NCBI GenBank assembly: GCA_002441265.1
Contig: DJVQ01000022.1
Coordinates: forward strand, 24,290-88,289
DNA length: 64,000 nt
Source: Syntrophaceae bacterium UBA6252
GTDB taxonomy: Bacteria > Desulfobacterota > Syntrophia > Syntrophales > UBA6807
Direction of reading: 5' to 3'
The notes under the pieces were generated by a model. That model saw only the letters and a program-made list of their open reading frames with translations. It had not been told where the DNA came from and did no database searches. Positions 17,414 through 26,173 of this stretch are shown here, piece by piece. A program made the position numbers and the translations under genes. How positions within the stretch are numbered: position 1 is the stretch's first letter; the number at the start of each line of letters is the position of its first letter.

Positions 17414-19551
17414 TTCGCGATGCGGACGCGCGTGGACACATGGGACTCACCGCCCACCACATCCTGCCATTCCAGGGTGGAACCGGCGTCGGGAATCAGG
17501 ATATTGTTCGACACGCCCTCCCCCATGACGGCCACCCGGCCGACGGTGGATCCGAACCCATGCCCCAGGCCGAGGCAGTCGGGCCGGATGGTTTCCGTCA
17601 GTTTCAGCCGGACCCGGATGCTGCCGCTCGGGGACTCGAGCGTCACGAGGTCCCCGTCGGAGAGACCCATTTTCGCCGCCGTGCCGGAATGGATCAGAAG
17701 GGGATTTTCGAAAAATCCCGACACCCGGTCGCGGAGCTGCGGGTTGTTGTGGGTCCACTGGCCCGAGCCGGAGTGATAGATGGTCCGGTACGAAACAAGG
17801 ATGAACGGAAACTCCTTCGCGTTGACCTCGTATTCCGGGGCCAGTTCCGGCCTCGGGAACGCCTGGTTCCAGGGCGCTTCCTCGAGGTCCTCCCACCAGA
17901 GGTGCAGTTTCCCGCTCGGGGTGCCGAAACCGCCCGCCTTCTCGTACTTCCGGAACCCCATCGTTCCCGGGGACCAGAGCCCGCCGATTTCCTGGAGCTT
18001 CCTCACCGACAGCCCCAGTCCCTTCAGCTGGATGTCGTAGTAGGCGATGTCGTTCTCGAACCGGAAATATTCCGGGACGATCCGCTTCCCGAGCTCGATG
18101 AAGACCTCGTTGGAGTGACGGCATTCCCCCGGCGGTTCGACGACGGGCTGCCGGAGGGCGATGCCGTGGCCGAAATTGTACCACCAGGGCATGTACAGGA
18201 GTTCCCAGCGCTCGAAGTAGGACTTGTCGGGCAGTACCAGGTCGGCGTATTTCGCCGTCTCCGACATCATGATCTCGAAACAGACCAGAAGTTCGAGAAG
18301 GGGCTCCCCCTTGCCGTCGGTCATGCACACCGCCCGCTGCCATTCCTGCTGGCCCATTTCCGTCAGGGCCGGGTTGGACTCGGCGGTGATCAGGATTTTC
18401 AGGCCCCCGTCCTTGATGGCCTGGGCCTCGTACCAGGTGGGCTCCATGATGAAGGAGTACTTGGCGAACCTGTCCCGGTCGGGGCCCGTACGGTGCCACC
18501 CGAGTTCATGGAGATTCGGGCCCGCCGGAACGGGTTCCACGGGGGACATGGGAGTCAGGTCGGGCAGGGGCTGCCCCCCCGGATTGTCGACGTTGCCCGT
18601 AACGACCAGGAATATGTTCCAGGCATGGGCGAAATCCATTGCATTTCCGAGCATGATGCCCTTGAAACTGTCCACGCCCACGGAGGGGGCCCGCGCACAT
18701 TCCTCCGCCAGATCGACGATCGTCCCGGCGGGCACGTCGCAGATCGCGGCCATCCGCTCGGGGGTCTTGTCGGCGATGTACACTTTCAGTTTCTCGAAAT
18801 CCCCCTCACGAACCCATCTTTCCACGAACGCCCTGTCATAGAGGCCGTTCATGACAAGGTGGTGAATCATCCCCAGGAAGAAAGCGGTGTCCCCGCTCGG
18901 CTTGATGGGAATCCACCAGTCCGCCTTGGCCGCTTCCGGGGTGAACATGGGATCGAGAACCACGAGTTTCGCCCCCCTGTCCCTGGCGTCCAGAATGTCC
19001 CTCGGGACCGAGGCGTCCTCGAGCCCGCCGAAGGCGCGCCGGCCGGACAGAATCATGATTCCTCCCTTGGGAACGGCGAACCACGCCGGAGGAATATGGT
19101 GATTGGGAACCCCGCCCATGGTCCTGATGAAACCGACGATCTTGGCCGAGTCGCAGTGCGGGAGGGCGGTGTTGATGAAACCGCCGTAAGCGTTCAGGAA
19201 CCTCCACTTCGGGTCCGTGATGCTGTGGGGGAAAAAATTCGCCGTGAGCTTGTGGGCCTCCCCCCTCGCCCTGAGCCCTCCGATTTTCTTCTCCAGGATA
19301 TCCATGGCCTCATTCCAGGATATCCGCTCGAACTTCCCTTCCCCCCGTTTGCCGACGCGCTTCAGCGGGTGGGTCAGGCGGTCCGGGGAATACTCCAGGG
19401 AAACGCCTGCCATCCCTTTCACACAGGCTTTTCCCCGGGCTTTGGGATTGCCCCGGACCTCCTTCAGGACGCCATTTTCGACCCTGGCGATAATGGCGCA
19501 TTCGGCCTTGCATTGGTAACAAGCGGTGGGGATCCACTTTGATTTTTCCAT
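17410..19551 (-). CDS. molybdopterin (Mo/W-bisPGD) oxidoreductase catalytic subunit, cytoplasmic type
   Basis: The N-terminal Fe-S motif is CYQCKAECAIIARV...GKACVKG. It has DMSO-reductase-superfamily length and layout. There is no twin-arginine signal. The substrate cannot be assigned from sequence. Confidence 0.85.
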   Translation of the reverse strand: MEKSKWIPTACYQCKAECAIIARVENGVLKEVRGNPKARGKACVKGMAGVSLEYSPDRLTHPLKRVGKRGEGKFERISWNEAMDILEKKIGGLRARGEAHKLTANFFPHSITDPKWRFLNAYGGFINTALPHCDSAKIVGFIRTMGGVPNHHIPPAWFAVPKGGIMILSGRRAFGGLEDASVPRDILDARDRGAKLVVLDPMFTPEAAKADWWIPIKPSGDTAFFLGMIHHLVMNGLYDRAFVERWVREGDFEKLKVYIADKTPERMAAICDVPAGTIVDLAEECARAPSVGVDSFKGIMLGNAMDFAHAWNIFLVVTGNVDNPGGQPLPDLTPMSPVEPVPAGPNLHELGWHRTGPDRDRFAKYSFIMEPTWYEAQAIKDGGLKILITAESNPALTEMGQQEWQRAVCMTDGKGEPLLELLVCFEIMMSETAKYADLVLPDKSYFERWELLYMPWWYNFGHGIALRQPVVEPPGECRHSNEVFIELGKRIVPEYFRFENDIAYYDIQLKGLGLSVRKLQEIGGLWSPGTMGFRKYEKAGGFGTPSGKLHLWWEDLEEAPWNQAFPRPELAPEYEVNAKEFPFILVSYRTIYHSGSGQWTHNNPQLRDRVSGFFENPLLIHSGTAAKMGLSDGDLVTLESPSGSIRVRLKLTETIRPDCLGLGHGFGSTVGRVAVMGEGVSNNILIPDAGSTLEWQDVVGGESHVSTRVRIAK

Positions 19552-19716
19552 GGCGATCTCCTTTCCCCGTACTCAGCCCGGCCTGCCTTCGCACGCCGGT
19601 TCCGGCGATTGGTCAACCGGTCTCCAGGCCCCGCGGAGTCTCCTTCCCCTCCCATTTTTCAAGGTCCCTCGGAGAAACGTTCACGGCCGGCACCGTGAGA
19701 GTCCGGCAGGGCCCCG

Positions 19717-19857
19717 TCATTTCTTGTCTTCCCCGGATTTCCCGGGATATTCCGGGTATTTCCCGCGGTATACTCTGACAATGAGCCATGTAAGAAAACA
19801 AAAGGCGGCAAAGATGATCCATATCGACAGGTCGAAGGGGGTGTACGAGACGTCCAT
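19717..19857 (-). CDS. candidate small membrane protein (46 aa)
   Basis: This ORF is not in the track. It reads MDVSYTPFDLSIWIIFAAFCFLTWLIVRVYRGKYPEYPGKSGEDKK, with one hydrophobic helix and a basic tail. A GAGAGGA lies 7 nt upstream. It starts 12 nt after the FNT stop. Confidence 0.3.
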   Translation of the reverse strand: MDVSYTPFDLSIWIIFAAFCFLTWLIVRVYRGKYPEYPGKSGEDKK

Positions 19858-19869
19858 CGGGATGTCCTC

Positions 19870-20751
19870 TCACAGTTTCTGCATGAAGTTTTTCTTGTCC
19901 CGGTAAAGGGCCATGACGCGTTTCGGATTGGATACGAGCTGAAAGACGATGCCGACGAAGAAAATGCCCCCGATGAAATTCCCGAGAACGGTGTACAACT
20001 GGTTGTGGGCCCAGCCGTATTGTCCGAAGCCCCAGTGGAGAATGACCGGGGCCGCCGACGCCGCCGCCCCGCCTGCCGCCAGAAAGAGGTCCTGCTGGAA
20101 GAGAGGGAGGGCAAGAAACCCGATATTGGCGATGCAGTGCTCCGTCATGCCGGCAACGAAGGCCAGGGGTCCGTAAGCCGCCATGGCGATCTTTGCGATG
20201 TCCTCGTTGGCCTTGACGTACAGGAGGGCCGCCGTCTGGAGCGTCCAGGTGCAGATGATTCCGAGGGCGAAGATCTGTCCCGGGGTCATCCCCGTTTTTT
20301 TCACGGCAATGGCGTGGGACTGTACAAGCCAGGGCAGGGCCATGTAGCTGCCTCCCTTGCTCACCACCCACATGAAAAACATGCTCCCGGCGAAATTGCC
20401 GGCATACCCGGCAACGATACCGACAAGGAACCAGAACCAGTTGATTCTTCTGTGAAAGACGCCGATGATTCCCACGGCCATGTCGGCCGTGACCAGGGTC
20501 ATTCCGCTGAACAGGATGATGACGAGGGAGAAAGCGAAAACCAGCCCCATCACGAGATTGGCAATACCCGGGGCGAGGTTCGTTCCGACACCGGCGCTCA
20601 CCGAAAGGGCGAGCATGGCGCCGAAGACGACGAATGCGCCCCCCGCAAATGCCGAGAGGCAAAAAGCGAAGGGTCGGTTGCGGAGCATGTCCCACTTGTA
20701 GGTACAGATGTCCGCTACCCTGACGACCAGTTCATCGACGTCCACCGGCAT
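19870..20751 (-). CDS. formate/nitrite transporter (FNT) family channel
   Basis: From the Met at 20751 it reads MPVDVDELV, followed by an FNT-like six-helix body (FAGGAFVVFGAML, GNFAGSMFF, NIGFLALP). Confidence 0.85.
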   Translation of the reverse strand: MPVDVDELVVRVADICTYKWDMLRNRPFAFCLSAFAGGAFVVFGAMLALSVSAGVGTNLAPGIANLVMGLVFAFSLVIILFSGMTLVTADMAVGIIGVFHRRINWFWFLVGIVAGYAGNFAGSMFFMWVVSKGGSYMALPWLVQSHAIAVKKTGMTPGQIFALGIICTWTLQTAALLYVKANEDIAKIAMAAYGPLAFVAGMTEHCIANIGFLALPLFQQDLFLAAGGAAASAAPVILHWGFGQYGWAHNQLYTVLGNFIGGIFFVGIVFQLVSNPKRVMALYRDKKNFMQKL

Positions 20752-20983
20752 GGAGCGCCCTTTCGTCGTGTCAGAAGAAACGGAAGGAACGATTGAATGG
20801 AAACGAGCCCCTGTATCCTGATCGTCCGGGGAGCAGTGGTGAGGCGGGGGGGATGAAACGTATTGCCGAAGCTCCAATGGAAAAAGCCGCGGAATTGGAG
20901 AAAAAAACGATCAACCCGGAATTCGATTATTGCCGAGATCGGATCGTTTGTCAAGACAGCCGGCGTGATCGGCAAGTCGTCGC

Positions 20984-22678
20984 CTACAGCTTGCCCGAGC
21001 GGAGGACGGCAATCAGGAGCCAGACCCCGAGGACCGCCGCGAGAAGGAAGCCGAAGAGGCCGAGGGCGGACACCCCGAATATCCGGGGACCCACGCCCGC
21101 CTGGATGATGAGGGACGATCCGATGATGATGGCGGAAGCCACGAGGGCGAAGGAGATCCGGTTGGACGACCGGTCCATTTCGAAGAGGAGATCCTCCAGT
21201 CCCCGGTGCTCGAACCCGATCCGGGTCCTGCCCTGCCGCAGCTGTTTCAGGATTTCCCGGATATCGGCGGGGATTTCCCGGAGAAGAAGGACGAGGTCCC
21301 CCATGGACTCGCCGATTTCCCCGGCGATCCGACCGGGACGGAGCCGGTCCATCTTGAGCCGCCTGATGTAGGGCGCCACCCTGGCGGTCATGTCGAAGTC
21401 CGGATCGAGGATCCGGCCCAGTCCCTCCGTGGTCGCCAGCGCCTTGACCATGAGGTACCGCTCCCAGGGAAGGCGCAGCCGGTGCCGGGAAATGAGCCGG
21501 AGAAGCTGTTCCAGGAGCGCCCCCATCCGGATCTCCCTAAGCGGCCGGTCCACGTAAAGATCCATGAGTTCGGAAAGATCCCTTTCGAGGGCCCTGCGGT
21601 CCGGTTCCTCCTCCCACTCCACAAGCTGGAGAAGCACGGCGGCGGCCTTCGCCTCGTCCCGCTTCACGATGGCGTACGCCATGTCCGCCATGTCTTCCCG
21701 GGAACGGCGGTCCACCGACCCCATCATGCCGAAATCGAGGTAACAGATCACGTTTCCCGGCAGGACGGTGAGATTCCCGGGATGCGGGTCCCCGTGAAAG
21801 AAGCCGAAATGGAAGATCTGCTCCAGGAGGAGGTCCGCCCCCCGGCGGGCGATGATTTTCCGGTCGTACCCGCCGGCATCCAGGAGATCCACCCGGGAGG
21901 CCTTGATTCCCTGGACGTATTCCATGGTGAGGACCCGTTTCGACGACTCCCCGCGGTACATCCGGGGAACGTGAAGGGTCTCGTTCCCCCGGAAGATCCG
22001 GGCGAACCGTTCCCCCTGGCCGGCCTCGGTCCGGTAGTCCATTTCCCGCTCCATGGTCCGGGCGAATTCCTCGACGATCCGGGCGGGGCGGTAGAACGCG
22101 CCCTCCTCGGTATGCCGTTCCAGGAGGACCGCCAGGTGATGGAGGATTTCCAGGTCCGCGGTGACCATTTCCTCGATGCCCGGCCTCTGGATCTTCACGA
22201 TGACCTCCTCGCCGCCCCGGAGCGCGGCCCGGTGGACCTGGCCGATGGAGGCGGCGGCCAGGGGGGCCTCGTCGAACCGGAGATAGACTTCCTCCAGGGG
22301 CCGGCCCAGTTCCTTCTCCACGATGTTCCGAACCTGGGAAAAGGGAAATGGGGGAACGTTGTCCTGGAGGCCGGCGAGTTCCTCGACGAGATCGACGGGA
22401 ACGAGATCGGGCCGGGTCGAGAGAATCTGTCCGAGCTTGATGAAGGTCGGACCGAGTTCCTCCATGGCGAGACGGATCCGTTCCGCCCGCGTCAACCGCT
22501 CCAGCCCCTCGATGGGTTTCCCGGAAACGGCCCGGACCCTCGCCTCCAGGGACTTTCCCAGGGGGACCCGGTCCAGGATGTCGCCGAACCCGTAGCGGAT
22601 GATGACGGAAAGGATCTGCCGGTACCGCCGGACATGGCGGTAGGTTCGTCTCAGAATGTTGGCCTTGCCGAAGGTCAT
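20984..22678 (-). CDS. ubiB: ABC1/UbiB family kinase-like protein
   Basis: Motifs are LGPTFIKLGQILSTRPDLVP, AAASIGQVHRA and FFHGDPHPGNL, with a C-terminal TM pair. Confidence 0.85.
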   Translation of the reverse strand: MTFGKANILRRTYRHVRRYRQILSVIIRYGFGDILDRVPLGKSLEARVRAVSGKPIEGLERLTRAERIRLAMEELGPTFIKLGQILSTRPDLVPVDLVEELAGLQDNVPPFPFSQVRNIVEKELGRPLEEVYLRFDEAPLAAASIGQVHRAALRGGEEVIVKIQRPGIEEMVTADLEILHHLAVLLERHTEEGAFYRPARIVEEFARTMEREMDYRTEAGQGERFARIFRGNETLHVPRMYRGESSKRVLTMEYVQGIKASRVDLLDAGGYDRKIIARRGADLLLEQIFHFGFFHGDPHPGNLTVLPGNVICYLDFGMMGSVDRRSREDMADMAYAIVKRDEAKAAAVLLQLVEWEEEPDRRALERDLSELMDLYVDRPLREIRMGALLEQLLRLISRHRLRLPWERYLMVKALATTEGLGRILDPDFDMTARVAPYIRRLKMDRLRPGRIAGEIGESMGDLVLLLREIPADIREILKQLRQGRTRIGFEHRGLEDLLFEMDRSSNRISFALVASAIIIGSSLIIQAGVGPRIFGVSALGLFGFLLAAVLGVWLLIAVLRSGKL

Positions 22679-22681
22679 GGC

Positions 22682-23020
22682 TTACTCGCCGGGGACGTTT
22701 TCACCCTTCTCCGGTTTCTTCTTTTCCGAAGCCCCTTTTCCTTCCAGGGCATCGACCTTCGCCTTCAGCGATTCCCATTCGTCCCGCGAGGGGATCCGGA
22801 GGCGTTTCAGGACGTCCTGAACCAGTTCATCCACCCTTTCCACGAGGTCCTTTTTCACCTCTTCCGACTTTTCCAGGAGGGCGTGGACGGTCTCCTTTCC
22901 CTCCTTCTCCGACATTTCCCCCTTGGCGATCATGTCGTCCACCACGGACTCGACCTTTTCCCGGGTCGCCATGGCGAGACCAACGCCGAACAACATGCTT
23001 TTTCTAACGAAATCCTTCAT
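22682..23020 (-). CDS. phasin-family / PHA-granule-regulator-like protein
   Basis: It is a small helical protein (MKDFVRKSMLFGVGLAMATREKVESVVDDMIAKGEMSEKEG...RIPSRDEWESLKAKVDALE). This type is typically found directly upstream of ubiB. Confidence 0.6.
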   Translation of the reverse strand: MKDFVRKSMLFGVGLAMATREKVESVVDDMIAKGEMSEKEGKETVHALLEKSEEVKKDLVERVDELVQDVLKRLRIPSRDEWESLKAKVDALEGKGASEKKKPEKGENVPGE

Positions 23021-23092
23021 GATGCGTTCCTCCTTGAATTCAACCTGTCTTTGCGGAACATCCCGCGATCGGCCCGCCGTCCCGGCGGATCC

Positions 23093-24475
23093 TCAATTTC
23101 CTCCCTTGCCTGCGACGAACGTGAAAATGGAATCGGGATACACGATCCCCATGGATCGCTCGAGGCGGGCGATGGCGATGCTGTAGTCACTCAACGCATT
23201 GGAATAATCGGACTTGGTCTGGGTAAGGAGCGTTTCCGCGTCGATCACGTCGGTGGACGTGGCGACCTGCTCCTTGTAGCGTTCCCGGTTGATTCGGAAG
23301 TTTTCCTCCGCCTGTTCGATCGCCTTTTCGGTGACGAAGATTTGTTTTTCCGCTTCTCGGACATACAGGTAGGCGTACTTCACGTCCAGGGAGATCATGT
23401 CCGTCAGATTGACCATGCCGTCCTGTGCCTGGACGAGCCTGCTTTTTCTCACATCCACGTTGTATCTGGTCCGGCCCCATTCCCAGAAATTCCAGCTCGC
23501 GACGGCCGCGACGTACCAGCTGTCCTTCTCCTCGTAAGGGCTCCCGGAAACGCTCGGCGTGTCCCCGGCCCGCGAATAGTTTCCCACGAGGCTCACCGAG
23601 GGGTAATAATCCCCTTTGGCCAGGGCCACCCCTTTTTCCGCCTGCCTGATTCCGAGGCTGGTGGATCGGATTTCCGGCCGCCTCTCGAGGGCCGTCTGCA
23701 GGCATTCCTCGAGGCTTCCGCCCATGGGGCGATAGGTGAGTATGTCTTCCACCTCCACCGACGCGGTCACCGGCCTCCTCAGGACGGTGTTGAACCGGGC
23801 CTTCGCCACGGCGACGCCGTTTTCCGCCTTGACGAGGTTCCGCTGCCCGCTCGCCAGCTGGACCTCGGCATACAGGAGATCGTTTTTCGGGATGATGCCC
23901 ACGTCGTAGAAACTCTGGGCGGTGTCCCGGTGGTTCTTCAACTGTTCCACGGACTGGAGGGCGACGGCGAGCATCCGCTCCGCCTTGAGAATGTCGAAAT
24001 AGGCCTCCTTGACCTCCTGGTCGATATTCTGGACGGTCGTGTCCTCGTCCGTCCGCGCGATCTGCGCGGCCAGGTCGCTGATTTCGTAATTCCGGAGGAT
24101 CTTACCGCCGGCGAAGACCGGCTGGGTCACGCTCATGCTCCAGGTGTAGTTGTCCCGGGTCCCCGTAACGTATTTGTGCCCCAGAATTTCCATCTCCGGT
24201 TCCTTGTTCAGTCTCGTGTAATCGTAGGAGGTGTTGAACACCGGGAGAAAATCGGCCCGGGCGACCTTCCGGCCCGACTCGGCGGCGGCGACGCCCTCCG
24301 TGGCCGAATGGATCACCACGCTCTGCCGCCGGGCGAGTTCGATGCTCTCCTTGAGGGTGAGCTTCAGAACCGGTTCCTCCGCGGAAACGGGCGTGACAAG
24401 GACAAGGAAAAGGAAGAAACAGAGCATCCGGACGATCCGTCGTTGAACGATCCCCATGACCTGACGAGCCTCCAT
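23093..24475 (-). CDS. TolC-family outer membrane efflux protein
   Basis: It has a signal peptide and the duplicated TolC repeat pattern (LTLKESIELA, AEVQLASGQRNL, SDYSIAIARLERSMG). Confidence 0.85.
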   Translation of the reverse strand: MEARQVMGIVQRRIVRMLCFFLFLVLVTPVSAEEPVLKLTLKESIELARRQSVVIHSATEGVAAAESGRKVARADFLPVFNTSYDYTRLNKEPEMEILGHKYVTGTRDNYTWSMSVTQPVFAGGKILRNYEISDLAAQIARTDEDTTVQNIDQEVKEAYFDILKAERMLAVALQSVEQLKNHRDTAQSFYDVGIIPKNDLLYAEVQLASGQRNLVKAENGVAVAKARFNTVLRRPVTASVEVEDILTYRPMGGSLEECLQTALERRPEIRSTSLGIRQAEKGVALAKGDYYPSVSLVGNYSRAGDTPSVSGSPYEEKDSWYVAAVASWNFWEWGRTRYNVDVRKSRLVQAQDGMVNLTDMISLDVKYAYLYVREAEKQIFVTEKAIEQAEENFRINRERYKEQVATSTDVIDAETLLTQTKSDYSNALSDYSIAIARLERSMGIVYPDSIFTFVAGKGGN

Positions 24476-24554
24476 CCCCCTCGACGGCTCCGAAAAAGTC
24501 CCCGCGGCGCAACCCCGGCACGGGTCCCCGGAACTCGGACACCCGGTTTCGGCG

Positions 24555-24600
24555 GCTTTTTCCTGCCGTTCGAAATAGTGTGGTTTTAACCGTTTACGAG
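24555..24600 (+). repeat. intergenic repeat, copy A
   Basis: GCTTTTTCCTGCCGTTCGAAATAGTGTGGTTTTAACCGTTTACGAG is near-identical over about 45 nt to 32653..32700. Confidence 0.5.
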
Positions 24601-24604
24601 TTCG

Positions 24605-25105
24605 TCACCCCTCGAAATGGATGAACTTCTCCTTTTTCGCGCCGCAGACGGGGCAGATGTCCGGGGCCTCTCCCTCGGCGATGTAACCGCACACGGTGCA
24701 GACATAATAGTCGGGGTCCCGCTCCGCCATCATGTCCTGGAGGGCGTTCCGGTAGAGGCGGGCGTGGACCTCCTCCACGTCCCGGCTTGCCGTGAAGTGC
24801 CACTGGGCCCCCTTGTCCTGCAGTTCGTAGGCGAGTTTCAGAAACTCCCCGTATGCGAGACCCGCCACGTTCTGCTCCTTTTCGAAGCTTTCCTTCAGGT
24901 TCTCCTCCGTGGTTCCGATTTCCCTGGCGATCCGGAGGGCCCGCTCCCCGTGAATTTCCTCGGAATAGGCGATCACCCGGAAAAGCTTGGCGATCTCGTG
25001 GTACCCTTCCTCATCCGCCTTTTTCGCAAACACCTTGAGCCGCAGGGCCGCCTTGGCTTCTCCGATGAAGGCTTCCCGCATCGCTTTCTTGATCCGTTCA
25101 TCCAT
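24605..25105 (-). CDS. rubrerythrin
   Basis: It has a ferritin-like diiron domain (EAKAALRLKVFAKKADEEGYHEIAKLF, SEEIHGE). The C-terminal rubredoxin-type site is CTVCGYI...CPVCG. Confidence 0.9.
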   Translation of the reverse strand: MDERIKKAMREAFIGEAKAALRLKVFAKKADEEGYHEIAKLFRVIAYSEEIHGERALRIAREIGTTEENLKESFEKEQNVAGLAYGEFLKLAYELQDKGAQWHFTASRDVEEVHARLYRNALQDMMAERDPDYYVCTVCGYIAEGEAPDICPVCGAKKEKFIHFEG

Positions 25106-25952
25106 TGCCGCTTCTCCTGTCGTTGGTTCCGGAATCGTCTGAAAACCACACGGCCCGTTCCTCGCCGGGCCCCATCCCGAGACGGGTCAGGGCGAAATCG
25201 TACCGTACGGGGTCCCCCGGTTCGAGGGACCGGAAGAAACGGGTGATCTCGACGGCCGTCGCCATGGAGGCGTCCTTTCTCCCGGTGATCCGAAGGCGCC
25301 GGCAGAGCCGGTGCATGTGGACGTCCACGGGGACGATCAGCTTTTCCGGGGAGACGCCCTCCCACCCGCCGGGGTCGATCTCGTCCCTGCGGACCATCCA
25401 GCGGAGAAAAAGATTCAGCCGCTTGCAGGCGCTCTTCCGTCCCGGAAGGGGCAGGAGAAAACCGGTCCCGCCGCCTCCGCCCGCCGTCAGCTTTTCCACG
25501 AAGGGGTCGAGGGAGCCCGCCACCGTCTCCCCCCGCTCCCGGTACCCGTCGAGAAAGCACGCGTTCAACGATCCGTATTCCCGAAGAACGCCCCTCACGG
25601 CATCGAGAAAGCGGACCAGGGTTTCACCGGAAACGAAACGGTACCGGAAATCGCCGAAGGACGCCTTCAGGTCCGCCGGATCGGCCCGTTCGAGGAAATC
25701 CCTCGGCCGGAGTCCCATTTTCCCCAGAACCTCGCGCACCGCGGCAAGGATCTGCCCAACCCGGCCGAAGGCGAGGGATGCCGCCACCAGGGCGGCGATT
25801 TCCCGGTCCTTCCCGTCGGGATAGTCGTAAAGCACCTCCAGGGGATCGGGGTGGACCCGCTCCCTCCTGTGGTATCTCCCGTAAAGTGAATCGAACCAGG
25901 CCCTGCTCGCGGGCGGGTGCTTCTCCCACCCGCCGGTGGAAGGACCGGTCAT
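25098..25952 (-). CDS. DUF2400 (TIGR02757-type) family protein
   Basis: Motifs are [44 protein letters not shown] and [14 protein letters not shown]. The start overlaps the rubredoxin stop, and the stop overlaps the rubrerythrin start. Confidence 0.7.
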   Translation of the reverse strand: MTGPSTGGWEKHPPASRAWFDSLYGRYHRRERVHPDPLEVLYDYPDGKDREIAALVAASLAFGRVGQILAAVREVLGKMGLRPRDFLERADPADLKASFGDFRYRFVSGETLVRFLDAVRGVLREYGSLNACFLDGYRERGETVAGSLDPFVEKLTAGGGGGTGFLLPLPGRKSACKRLNLFLRWMVRRDEIDPGGWEGVSPEKLIVPVDVHMHRLCRRLRITGRKDASMATAVEITRFFRSLEPGDPVRYDFALTRLGMGPGEERAVWFSDDSGTNDRRSGNG

Positions 25953-26107
25953 TCCGGTGAAAACTGGTCCTTGGAGGCGCCGCAGATGGGGCAGGTCCAG
26001 TCGTCGGGCAACTCTTCGAAGGGGGTCCCGGGGGGGATGTTCCCGTCGGGGTCCCCTTTTTCAGGATCGTAGATGTAACCGCAGACACCGCAGACGTACT
26101 TCTTCAT
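25949..26107 (-). CDS. rubredoxin (52 aa)
   Basis: It is below the track length cutoff. Hand translation gives [52 protein letters not shown], with two CxxCG knuckles. Confidence 0.9.
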   Translation of the reverse strand: MKKYVCGVCGYIYDPEKGDPDGNIPPGTPFEELPDDWTCPICGASKDQFSPE

Positions 26108-26173
26108 GAACGCTCCTTTCCTCGAATGATCCGCCGTCCCGCCGGGCCGCCCGGCGGGAGGAGCCTTGCCGTT

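Noticed and set aside
17410-19551. Calling the Mo enzyme a formate dehydrogenase, because of the adjacent FNT (FocA-like) channel
   Set aside because: There is no in-frame TGA. I cannot confirm the FDH-type Sec/Cys-His active-site motif by eye, and the partner subunit is not FdhB/FdnH-like. I left it as a generic Mo/W-bisPGD oxidoreductase.
21206-24589. 1127-aa ORF on the plus strand, the longest in the track
   Set aside because: It runs antisense to four well-supported minus-strand genes (ubiB, the phasin-like gene, tolC and the region upstream). Its composition is low-complexity and rich in Pro, Gly, Arg and Asp, with no motifs. It is a typical high-GC shadow ORF.
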